Below are positions 56,001 to 64,000 of a stretch of 64,000 bases of DNA, piece by piece. The DNA is from a bacterium (GTDB lineage: Bacteria; Patescibacteriota; Patescibacteriia; JAGPKW01), in contig JAJXYN010000009.1 of NCBI GenBank assembly GCA_021780535.1, positions 150,538 through 214,537 of the forward strand, read 5' to 3'. The position numbers and the translations under genes are program-made. How positions within the stretch are numbered: the first letter of the stretch is position 1; every line of letters starts with the position of its first letter. The notes under the pieces are model-generated. The model searched no databases, had not been told where the DNA came from, and saw nothing but the letters and a program-made list of their open reading frames with translations.

Positions 56001-56878
56001 GATCATATTTTATTTTTAAAGATAGATCTGAGGAAGATAAAAAAGAAGTTTTTAAAATAATGGATTGCGTTTTGGATAATATTAAGGACCCAAGAGTTCT
56101 TGATATGTTTGAGTTTCTTTTGCATAGCTCTAAAACATGGAATATAGAAGAAGATGAGCTAGAAACTTTAAGAAATAAGCTAACTAATATTATAAAAGAT
56201 TTACATAATATAGAACATCATTCTAATGAATTGCTAACATTTTCTATAAATAATAATATGGATAAGTTTATAGATTTTTTAGAATACAGATTGTTAAAGC
56301 ATAAAGAGTTTGTAGAAAAAAATGATTATTCTTTTGATGCGATACCATATGAAGGTTTTCGTTTATTGAAAAATATAATATCAAATTATAATGATTTTTA
56401 TAATCTTATTTTAAAAACAAATTCTTGGATAAAGGATAATTTATTTTATCCATTTGAATTGGATAATTTGCTTAAAGAATTAGAAAATTGCGATACATAC
56501 ATAGATGAATTTATAGAAAAAAATATTAATTCTAATGACAAAAAGATATTTAGCATTCTTATTAATTTTTTATATAGCATTGATTTTACAGAAAAATCTA
56601 GCATTATTTTTTTAAACACATTAATTAATTCTCAGAATCTTGGATTAATAGACGAAGCGAAGAATTTATTTATTCATAAAGTTTTAAGCGGCTCGTATTC
56701 ATCTAGCATAGGAGAAGCTCCACCGGCTTTAGTAAATAAGAAAAATATTTTGTATAAATTAGAAAAAGAATGTCCAAATGGAATAATAAAGGTTTTTATA
56801 TCTTCTATTAAAGATTCTATAGAAAAACAAATAGAAGATAATATAAAAGAAGGTCAAGAATTAATTAACCCTAAATAA
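53054..56878 (+). CDS. Restriction-nuclease-like domain + STAND-like NTPase + long helical C-terminus (candidate antiphage protein)
   Basis: FQKL...GKDGGWDG...FQSK; Walker A ASGGCGKT; Walker B IIFLDD; VLITR. Confidence 0.75.
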   Translation: MKLIEWSKIDNDKTFQKLVNDVFSLEINHPGFIFSNPYIGKDGGWDGMYKGKYMEIDGTWSFQSKYTKNNGIEACRSLKSQIIKELEKSKTNKVDNLILLTNADLTVDQVNELILLNTGYVKNFFIWPKENLDSKIKDYPWIRHRYFNDVQQPAFAPFINIDNDDYNHVEIETKREQEEKMFSDFLLDDKKILIIHASGGCGKTYFINQIFKKYSNNTNEYNFLYYIPGIRDVDDALNDELDISKNVIIFLDDSERYIEDVTKKLLSRVNSYSPGKIKIVLITRTSGKSIIIDIINSLGIAIDKYEEIELQKLPNDSLIKILNFFAKKNVSNSEEILNEVSSNLFLLISIGKLISKNKGKVNVKSIKNKIKYDLEKDVCDSLKIFSLSDQKIKELLFELAILIPFNDDNLDILEKISNKLSLNQSDIKKYIQKLKTDKILINIGYSIRFYSDMVGDVYLSVIFDSDDGTLIKNILNSWFEVFPEKIISNISSAVKHSDGDFNKDPIRNTIKEISINSTKLDDFNKINKLKTFSQIAYIIPDEIIDLIYCFLQTSEKITTDDCGPIIINLLYLQEESIRKKLIELILFVSDKNIEGKYQNYKIETLAKRFVSPIYNTLECATSSLNLVSNISKKQNLTNSEIKIIKYSLEESLSSSHDYEESYGIKMTFSKKILNYKNEVKEKIDIYRDLAMNTLHECLKNNDDDIKNEFIDLISDIGNGETSKNYSIWDRIILDKEKTIDFIEEILKTPTNNKIIASLEDILIREWSNNNIYKDGTNNKISKILINFPRNPEYIIFKNFISKDIIIYDFKNIEEIAPDKDRWSWIIDNYFRNEDIKMDEFEKTVEEISKKYNKKEDIISYLISLYKDVKDNLTWQYIPLIETWSKYNKSVFIEIINDETLLNKLPIIFNLGIYIVAADDDEKYITSLANKILNDDIKNINIQYLYNLLNLIDRHKISNKIFIPWILEIIKNSNLSAQSGILHRSYFIFKDRSEEDKKEVFKIMDCVLDNIKDPRVLDMFEFLLHSSKTWNIEEDELETLRNKLTNIIKDLHNIEHHSNELLTFSINNNMDKFIDFLEYRLLKHKEFVEKNDYSFDAIPYEGFRLLKNIISNYNDFYNLILKTNSWIKDNLFYPFELDNLLKELENCDTYIDEFIEKNINSNDKKIFSILINFLYSIDFTEKSSIIFLNTLINSQNLGLIDEAKNLFIHKVLSGSYSSSIGEAPPALVNKKNILYKLEKECPNGIIKVFISSIKDSIEKQIEDNIKEGQELINPK

Positions 56879-56883
56879 AAAAT

Positions 56884-57708
56884 ATGACAAAAAATTCATA
56901 CGATAAAATTTGGGGTTATGTAGAAAAGCTTTATATACATTGTTATAGAGTCGACGGTTTTGTTAAATTTTTAAAATCTAATGAAATATTACTACCAGAC
57001 GATTTCTATAATAATTTTGAAATATATTCTTTTATGACAACTGAGAATTGTAATTTCTCCGATTTTATGATTTCGAATGTTGATGATAGTAAATATAAAA
57101 AAATAATTAGCCAAGTGATATTTGATAAAAAAATTATTAAAACAAAGGATATTGATTGGAATTATCTTGGAGTTAAAATAAAAGAGTGGTATCCAAAATT
57201 ACTTAAAGAAGTAGATAATGTTAAAATATCTCTGTATGAAAACATAAACGAGAAAGATTTGTTAATATATAATACAAAAAACCCATTTCTCGATCATTTA
57301 ATATCAGAGATTAATGATACTTATAATAATAAAAACTATGTAGCAGTAATAATGTTGATGAGAAAATTAATGGAATGCATGATAATAATAATATTTGAAA
57401 CATATTTTCCAAAAACTCACAAAGGAACATTCAATAAATCAAATCACGAATTATGGTATAACTATAGCACTCGTAGATATCAAGAATTTGAAACATTATT
57501 ATCTAATCTAGACTTAAAGCAAAATGATTTTCATGAAGATAGATTCTTAGTATCTGATACTTGCAAGGTTATAAAAAAATTCAAAGACGAGGCTAATAGA
57601 ATAGTCCATAGAGACTATAAAATACCAGATAAGATGATAGTTGATAATTATAAAATACCAGAAATGTATAATATGATTGCTAAAATATATAGCAAATATT
57701 GTTCATGA
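56884..57708 (+). CDS. Hypothetical protein with a C-terminal HEPN/DUF4145-like helical domain
   Basis: LISEIN..Y....Y.AV..LMRKLME and ANRIVH. Confidence 0.55.
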   Translation: MTKNSYDKIWGYVEKLYIHCYRVDGFVKFLKSNEILLPDDFYNNFEIYSFMTTENCNFSDFMISNVDDSKYKKIISQVIFDKKIIKTKDIDWNYLGVKIKEWYPKLLKEVDNVKISLYENINEKDLLIYNTKNPFLDHLISEINDTYNNKNYVAVIMLMRKLMECMIIIIFETYFPKTHKGTFNKSNHELWYNYSTRRYQEFETLLSNLDLKQNDFHEDRFLVSDTCKVIKKFKDEANRIVHRDYKIPDKMIVDNYKIPEMYNMIAKIYSKYCS

Positions 57709-57776
57709 ATATAAAAATAATACGACCACTTCATGTAGCAATGAAGTAACCACTAAATAAAAATTTAAAAATAAAT

Positions 57777-58814
57777 ATGCCAGAAAATAATAACGAAATG
57801 GATTTAGATGAATCTATAAAAAAAATTATAGAAATTCAAAATTTGATAAGACAAGGTCTAGCAAGGCCAGATGAAAAAAACAATGCTTTCAAAATAGCAA
57901 AAGATGCTACATCTAATTTTACAGATGATATTTTTAAAAGAAGAGCTGAAAAAGAAGAAAGAAATACGGGTTGGTCGGTGCAAACACACGATGGGTTTGT
58001 AGCCTCATCAGAAGCTAGTCAATTAGACGGACTTCTAAATTTATTAAAGGAATATAGAGACACTTTTTATTCTACAAAAAATACTGAGCAAAATTATCCA
58101 GAAATAGAAAAAAATGAAGAAATAGAAAAAGATATTAATAATTTTGGTTCAAAAATATTTATTAGCTATAACACAAAACATAAAAATTTTGCCGGAAAAA
58201 TAAAAGAGTCACTTTATGAAAATAAGATAGATTCTTTTTTAGCACATGAAGATTTAGAAGTATCTACTGAATGGAAAATAGAAATATTAGAAGCTCTAAA
58301 AAAATCAAATGTATTTATAATATTACTTTCTAGCGATTATTATGAATCTCCTTGGTGTTATCAAGAGTCTGGAATTATAGCTTATTTAGAAAATTTTAGA
58401 GATAATGTAACAATAATACCAATTTCTATAGATGGCACAATTCCAAAAGGATTTATTGGTCATAGACAATCTAAACCAATAATAAATATGGAAGAATTTG
58501 ATTTTTCTATACTTTTGCCAGGTTTATTTATTGATAATCCTGATTGGGTTGTAAATTTTTTAATTAAAAAAATAGAAGGGTCAGGAAGTTTTAGAAATGC
58601 CGAAAATAATTTTGAAAAAATATTACCATACTTAGGAAAAATGAATAAAAAATATGGTAAAAAATTACTAGAAGTATGCGTAAAAAATGACCAAATTTAT
58701 AATGCTAGTCTTTGTATAGGTGAATATATATCAAAAGCAATAGCTTTGTATGGCGATTTATTAAGTAAGGAAGATCTAGATTTTTTAAATAATAAAATTG
58801 AAGCCTATAAATAA
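57777..58814 (+). CDS. TIR-domain protein
   Basis: KIFISY...SFLAHEDL...W..EI...SPWCYQE (catalytic Glu). Confidence 0.85.
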   Translation: MPENNNEMDLDESIKKIIEIQNLIRQGLARPDEKNNAFKIAKDATSNFTDDIFKRRAEKEERNTGWSVQTHDGFVASSEASQLDGLLNLLKEYRDTFYSTKNTEQNYPEIEKNEEIEKDINNFGSKIFISYNTKHKNFAGKIKESLYENKIDSFLAHEDLEVSTEWKIEILEALKKSNVFIILLSSDYYESPWCYQESGIIAYLENFRDNVTIIPISIDGTIPKGFIGHRQSKPIINMEEFDFSILLPGLFIDNPDWVVNFLIKKIEGSGSFRNAENNFEKILPYLGKMNKKYGKKLLEVCVKNDQIYNASLCIGEYISKAIALYGDLLSKEDLDFLNNKIEAYK

Positions 58815-58831
58815 GTGTGCTATATAAATAA

Positions 58832-58984
58832 ATCTAATATTAGCCAATAATTATCAACACAAGTCAATCAAATACTACACTACGTACTGTCCAATTTGTC
58901 CAATTTTTTCTATTGAAAAATGAGATGCTAGTGCATCTCATTTTATATTCTCTGAAGTATCAAAACGCTTGCTGGTATTGAACT
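58832..58984 (+). repeat. Right-end block B, copy 1
   Basis: 153 bp, colinear with 62293-62445. Confidence 0.9.
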
Positions 58985-59089
58985 CAATGCGTACCCAACG
59001 CGACTGTTGAGCCAAGTAGTATAAGTGACTCTATTGCGTCACTCACAAAAATAAGCCACTTTACTGTGGTTTATTTTTAATTTAAAAAA

Positions 59090-59875
59090 ATGTTAAAAAA
59101 GGAAATTTGTGAAATTATATATAAAAATGCTTATGATATCTTATTAAATGAGATTGGAAAACATGATTTAGAATTACATTTAGAAAATGACTCTAAATTT
59201 AATGATATAAATACAATAACATATAGATTAATATCTTCTGCACAAAACAGGCAAATGATGCCTAATGTGATAAAATTTCATAAAAATGAAGAAGCAATGA
59301 AAAATATTCTATTTAATTTTTCACATAATAATATATTAAATACTTATAAAAATAGTGAGTTATTGTTAAATATATTTAAAAAAAAATTTAGTAGCGCAAA
59401 AATATCTAATGAAAAAAGAAATTTATGGTTTCAATTTTCTGAAAGTATTTTTTCAATATGTAATTTTATGTCTAACTTTAAAGATGAAAAAGAATTTAAC
59501 AATTTTGTTAAATCATTTAATTTCAATAAATACACAAAAGCCTCTTTACCAATGCTTTTAAGTACAGAAATAAAGGGCTTTAGATTTGCTTTAGCTTGTG
59601 ATTTTTTAAAAGAATTAGGTTATAGAGAATACCCAAAGCCAGACATTCATCTAATTGATATATTTTATGAATTAAAACTTTCCGAAAGTAGAGATCCTTA
59701 TGATGTATATAAAAATATAGTTGAGTTTTCTGAAATTATAAATATTGATGCTTATTCTGTTGATAAGATTTTTTGGTTATTATCTTCTGGTGATTTTTAT
59801 AGAATAAACAAAACAATGAAATCTAAGAAAAAAGAATTTATTGAAATGATGAAAAATAAATTATCCATTAATTAA
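59090..59875 (+). CDS. Hypothetical protein with an HhH-glycosylase-like motif
   Basis: IKGFRFALACDFLKELG...KPDIH...VDKIFW. Confidence 0.55.
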   Translation: MLKKEICEIIYKNAYDILLNEIGKHDLELHLENDSKFNDINTITYRLISSAQNRQMMPNVIKFHKNEEAMKNILFNFSHNNILNTYKNSELLLNIFKKKFSSAKISNEKRNLWFQFSESIFSICNFMSNFKDEKEFNNFVKSFNFNKYTKASLPMLLSTEIKGFRFALACDFLKELGYREYPKPDIHLIDIFYELKLSESRDPYDVYKNIVEFSEIINIDAYSVDKIFWLLSSGDFYRINKTMKSKKKEFIEMMKNKLSIN

Positions 59876-60039
59876 AAAACTAAAAAAGCGATGATTTTGT
59901 ATAATATCATCACTTTTTTATTTATGTGCGTATTTGCTTGTTTTTATTGGTACTGTACCCTCTTCTATTGTTATTAACTTATTTTCTTTATTTTTTTATG
60001 TAAGCTATTATAAATAAGCCAATGCGACAGAGGTCTCTC
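59875..60039 (+). repeat. Left-end block A, copy 2
   Basis: Colinear with 39614-39778. Confidence 0.9.
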
Positions 60040-60089
60040 GACCTTTTAAATAAAGAGTTTTATAATAATTATGAATATAAATTATAAAA

Positions 60090-61376
60090 ATGGGACCATC
60101 ATTAATATTTGATAAATCTACTTTACAAGGTTTAAATCCAGACGAATCTGTGTGGCTCGAACATTTTTATATTAACAACATTACACCATTATTTTTTGTT
60201 GAGACATTGGCTGATTTAGAACTTGAAATGAAAAAAGGTAGAACACCTGAAGATATCGTTGGAAATTTGGCTTATAAAACTCCAGAAATGGCTAAAGTAA
60301 ATGCATATCATAGAAATTTAATACAATCAGAATTATTATATGATGATTGTATTATTGAAATGTCAGGAAGACCGGTACTGCCAGGTGGAAGAACTGTTGT
60401 TTCTGATGGAAAAATTGGAATAATATTTGACGAATCTCCAGAAAATGAAGCTTTCAAAAGATGGCAAAAATCCGAATTTTTAGAAATAGAAAGAAGTATA
60501 GCAAAGACATGGAGGTTGTCTTTAAATGAAATAAATACAGAACAAAATTTTAATAATGCTAAGATTTTTTTTAATATATTAAATAAGTCAAAAACATTAG
60601 ATGATCTTAAAACAAATATTGATAGAATTTTAGATGTTCCTAAAAACGAAGAAATATTAAAAAATTCTTTATACATAATGAATATATCTGATAGTGCTCA
60701 TGATTCAATAATAAAAAAATTTAGAGAATCCAAATTTCAAACAATTAAAGAAATTTTTCCATACTTTGCTTATGTTCTATCTGTTGATTTGTTTTTATAT
60801 TTTGGCAGTGATAATAATCTATTTTCTTTCCTTCCACATTCTGCAACACATAAGGTTGATATGGCTTATTTTTATTATTTGCCTTTTTGCAATATTTTTA
60901 CATCAAATGACAAACTACACGTAGCCTTATCAAAGTATTTTATGAGACAAGATCAGGCATTTATTAATGGATCTGACTTAAAAAATGAACTTAAAAGGCT
61001 TGATGAATATTATTCTAAATTTTCAGAAGAAGTAAAAGCTAGAGGTCTTTTTTCTCTTGCACCTTGTCCACCAGATGAAATTGATTCTTTGACTGTTAAA
61101 ATGTGGGATAAATATATGAGTAAAGATTGGAGGGAAATAAAAAATAGAATTAGAAAATTTGATGGGTCAGATAAAATAAACCCCGAAGCTAATAAAGTTA
61201 TTTTGGACAAAATCAAAGAGATGATGCAAAAATCAAAAACAGTGGAAGATGGAGCTTTGCACAATTCTGACGATGCAGATAGTATAATTATTAGACATAT
61301 GGTAAAAGCAAAAAAAGGAAAATGGACTAAGTTTCCACCAGAGGTTTTAAAATCTAAACCTCTTATGGAAGATTAA
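60090..61376 (+). CDS. Hypothetical cargo protein (possibly PIN-like)
   Basis: N-terminal LIFDKS, FFVE, late VD..Y..Y....FTSND. Confidence 0.6.
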   Translation: MGPSLIFDKSTLQGLNPDESVWLEHFYINNITPLFFVETLADLELEMKKGRTPEDIVGNLAYKTPEMAKVNAYHRNLIQSELLYDDCIIEMSGRPVLPGGRTVVSDGKIGIIFDESPENEAFKRWQKSEFLEIERSIAKTWRLSLNEINTEQNFNNAKIFFNILNKSKTLDDLKTNIDRILDVPKNEEILKNSLYIMNISDSAHDSIIKKFRESKFQTIKEIFPYFAYVLSVDLFLYFGSDNNLFSFLPHSATHKVDMAYFYYLPFCNIFTSNDKLHVALSKYFMRQDQAFINGSDLKNELKRLDEYYSKFSEEVKARGLFSLAPCPPDEIDSLTVKMWDKYMSKDWREIKNRIRKFDGSDKINPEANKVILDKIKEMMQKSKTVEDGALHNSDDADSIIIRHMVKAKKGKWTKFPPEVLKSKPLMED

Positions 61377-61430
61377 TTATTCAATAATTATTTCTTTATC
61401 TTTTATTAAAAATTTACTCTTGATGCACCC

Positions 61431-61578
61431 CGTTAATTGTTTCTTCTGTTCTATATTTCCATCTCTCAATATAAACTTAGCATAAGTTTTCATATCAATA
61501 ATATCATTGTGATTATCTTCTTTAGATATGCCAAGAACGTTTCTTCTAAAACTATTATATCTCTGTATTTCTTCTTCT
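61431..61578 (-). pseudogene. Remnant of a second large serine recombinase (3' region)
   Basis: Closely matches 43668-43813 inside the intact recombinase. Confidence 0.85.
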
Positions 61579-61658
61579 CTAATATAAATTTAAGCATGAA
61601 TAATGGACTTTTTAATGTTTTTATGCTAATAAATTAGTAATAACATATGGAGGTTTAT

Positions 61659-62249
61659 ATGAACTTATCAAAATTAATTGATTCTTTTGTGAATAATGAA
61701 AGGAATGAAGATGTTCTTTTCTATTTTCAAGAAATCTTCAATCAAGAAGGTTTTGGACAGAATAGATTTCATAAGTATGACGTTCTAAATCACACAAGAA
61801 AACTAGTAAAACAGTACAGGAAAGCTGATTTTATCTCTGAAAAAGTAAGAACCTATCTTTCTGAAATTATTGATGGTATTTCCAAAGACCTACTACTCCA
61901 AGTTGCTATGTGCTTTCATGATTCTGGAAAGAAAATAATGAAAGACTCTACCGGAAGTATGAAAGGACATGCTGAATATACTGTAAAAAATCAACTTGAA
62001 GAAATATCTAAAAGATTTGGTTTTACAGAAAATCAGAAAATGTATGTCGGCAATATTATTCTTTATCATGACTTCATCTTGAGTGATAGTGAAGAAGTAA
62101 ATAAATTCTTGAAAGATAATCACATTGAAGTCGAAGGATTAATTATTTCTCTAGTAGATATTCTTTCTACCCAAGGTGAGGAAGCTTTTGGTGAAGAAGA
62201 TATGACAAGAATTGATTTTGGTAAAGAAAAATTGTTGAATGTTTTGTAG
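61659..62249 (+). CDS. HD-domain phosphohydrolase
   Basis: H..DVLNHT, FHDSGK, GHAE, YHD, D; GGAGG RBS. Confidence 0.8.
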   Translation: MNLSKLIDSFVNNERNEDVLFYFQEIFNQEGFGQNRFHKYDVLNHTRKLVKQYRKADFISEKVRTYLSEIIDGISKDLLLQVAMCFHDSGKKIMKDSTGSMKGHAEYTVKNQLEEISKRFGFTENQKMYVGNIILYHDFILSDSEEVNKFLKDNHIEVEGLIISLVDILSTQGEEAFGEEDMTRIDFGKEKLLNVL

Positions 62250-62292
62250 TAATACCTCAATTTTGATATTGAGGGCTTTTATTTTATTAAAT

Positions 62293-62445
62293 ATCTAATA
62301 TTAGCCAATAATTATCAATATAAGTCAATCAAATACTACGCTACATACTGTTCAATTTGTCCAATTTTTTCTATTGAAAAATGAGATGCTAATGCATTTA
62401 AGACACTCTTCTCTGAAGTATCAAAATGCTTGCTGGTATTGAACT
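62293..62445 (+). repeat. Right-end block B, copy 2
   Basis: Colinear with 58832-58984; ends at AACT(A). Confidence 0.9.
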
Positions 62446-62469
62446 AAATATGGTGGATTAGTTTTAAAT

Positions 62470-62498
62470 TTGACTTTATTGTTTAAAAGATGTATAAT
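62470..62498 (+). promoter_or_regulatory. Sigma70 promoter
   Basis: TTGACT-N17-TATAAT. Confidence 0.65.
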
Positions 62499-62528
62499 AT
62501 GTATATTGAATTCCATAGGAGGGGTTTT

Positions 62529-62846
62529 ATGTTAAAAGTTCAAAGAAACGAAAAAACTCCCAACATTGTGGAGTTTTATAGTGAAGAGTACAAGGATGGC
62601 AAAGAGCCTGAAATTACTCTTAATGAAGAGACTGGTTCACTTATTCTCTACAAGACTTTCAAACATGTTCCAATTGAAATTAATGTAATGTTTGAAGTCA
62701 AAATGAAAAGAGAAAAACGAAAAAGAACAGAGGATGAAAAAAAACTTCTAAAATCTCAACTGACTCAGAAATGTAGTCATTCTGGAGATGAAATAAGAAT
62801 AATTTCTTCATTCAATGATTATTACTCGTTTGAGACTAGTCATTGA
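62529..62846 (+). CDS. Hypothetical protein
   Basis: AGGAGG before ATG 62529; own promoter and terminator (~62848-62878). Confidence 0.6.
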   Translation: MLKVQRNEKTPNIVEFYSEEYKDGKEPEITLNEETGSLILYKTFKHVPIEINVMFEVKMKREKRKRTEDEKKLLKSQLTQKCSHSGDEIRIISSFNDYYSFETSH

Positions 62847-62881
62847 TGAGCAAGCTAAAATAACAGCCTGCTCTTTTTATT

Positions 62882-63589
62882 TTATGCCGATAAAGCATCT
62901 AAAGCATTTTCATAAGACTTTATTATACTTAGATATTGTCTTACTACTTCTATCTTATATTCTCTTGGAAGATTTGTATTACTCTTAATTTCATCTTTAT
63001 CTTCCTCTATTTTAATCAAAGCTACTTCTAGTCTAGATTTTCTTTCATCTAATGACCTTTTATCATCAAGCATATCAAAAGTTTCAATGCCATAAATATA
63101 TGAACTTAAATTTTCAAACTCTCTACTTTCAATTGATTCTTTGCAAAGATTCATATTTTCAATATTTCTTTCTAAATCTAGAATAGCATCTGGATTTGTA
63201 TTGCTTTCTAATCTTTTTTGCAATCTAGCTATAGTTTCATTAAACTTATCAATATATGCTTGTTTTAATAAAGGAATACCATCTTCTAATAGTTCTGAGA
63301 ATATTTCATTATCTATTCTTCTTTTTAAATTTCCTGCATTATATGCACTTGGAATTTCTTCTTTTTGTCTTGATAGTCTAGCAACCATTTTACCTATTTC
63401 TGGACTTCTAACACTGGCATTATCCATCTGTTTTCTAAGAAAACTATCTATCTTTGAAAAATAACCATATAAAGTGGTTTTTAATTCTATTAAATCTTTA
63501 TCGTCATCATTTAATTTTTCTCCTAAATTCCTTCTTCTTTCTTCTTCTGTTGGGTTTACTTTCCATTCATTTGAGTTATCTAATGACAT
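62882..63589 (-). CDS. Hypothetical helical protein
   Basis: 235-aa ORF. Confidence 0.65.
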   Translation of the reverse strand: MSLDNSNEWKVNPTEEERRRNLGEKLNDDDKDLIELKTTLYGYFSKIDSFLRKQMDNASVRSPEIGKMVARLSRQKEEIPSAYNAGNLKRRIDNEIFSELLEDGIPLLKQAYIDKFNETIARLQKRLESNTNPDAILDLERNIENMNLCKESIESREFENLSSYIYGIETFDMLDDKRSLDERKSRLEVALIKIEEDKDEIKSNTNLPREYKIEVVRQYLSIIKSYENALDALSA

Positions 63590-64000
63590 ACCTATTATTT
63601 TATTAATTATATGAGCTTATTATACTTAAATAAATTACTTGAATCAAATATATAAACAAAAAACAACTCCGATGATTATCTACAGTTTTATCATGCTGAA
63701 ACAAAAAGAAGATGTATTAATTGCATCTTCTTTTATTTATAAAGTTTTACTTTTACGTTATTTTTATATTTATTATAATCAAACCATTTTCTCATTATTA
63801 TATATTGCATTAGTCCGAAAAATATTATTATACCTATCATTCCTAAGGCCTTTACTGGTTCTAATGGTTTTATGTCAAAAAAATGTGATAATGGAGCATT
63901 ATACATTACAAATAATAAAAATATTATAATTATAAATGCGAATAAATATAATGCTTTTTTTTCTTTTTTATCACTTGAGGCACCATAAGCTTTTGGTGCT

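Larger units (their letters stand above)
39576..62446. mobile_element. Composite integrative island at tRNA-Asn (two tandem related units)
   Basis: Starts at the tRNA 3' end; carries LSR, terminase, integrase and defence cargo; duplicated terminal blocks; AACTA at both ends. Confidence 0.75.

Noticed and set aside
51654-58814. Integron (integrase followed by cassettes)
   Set aside because: The integrase lacks the IntI-specific insertion, and gene gaps of 5-16 bp leave no room for attC sites
61437-61637. 66-aa plus-strand ORF
   Set aside because: It is the antisense of the recombinase remnant
63639-63929. 96-aa plus-strand ORF
   Set aside because: TTG start and low-complexity composition; a real gene here cannot be supported from the sequence

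Overview
Very AT-rich bacterial DNA using the standard code (TGA is a stop). It is most likely from a Patescibacteria (CPR, Parcubacteria/ABY1-like) genome; this is inferred from the unlinked, L1-stalk-reduced 23S-5S unit, SD-less core genes and CPR-type hypothetical genes. Positions 1-39.5 kb are core chromosome: rnc, 5S+23S rRNA (no 16S), a rearranged GGDEF protein, MYG1, an O-antigen ligase, TrmB, recQ, leuS, a four-subunit PFOR operon with ferredoxin, efp, tsaD, groESL with CIRCE, tsaE, a flippase, tRNA-Tyr, truB, zwf and tRNA-Asn. This part also holds REP-like repeats (some in frame inside genes) and an unidentified ~315-nt structured RNA with its own promoter and terminator. Positions ~39.58-62.45 kb are a composite island at tRNA-Asn. 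The first unit is a capsid-less integrative element: large serine recombinase, small and large terminase, two DNA methyltransferases and a tyrosine recombinase, plus defence-like cargo (RM, nuclease-STAND, HEPN-like, TIR). A shrunken second unit follows, with the same ~165-bp and ~153-bp terminal sequences but different cargo. All assignments come from motif reading by eye; no database searches were run.
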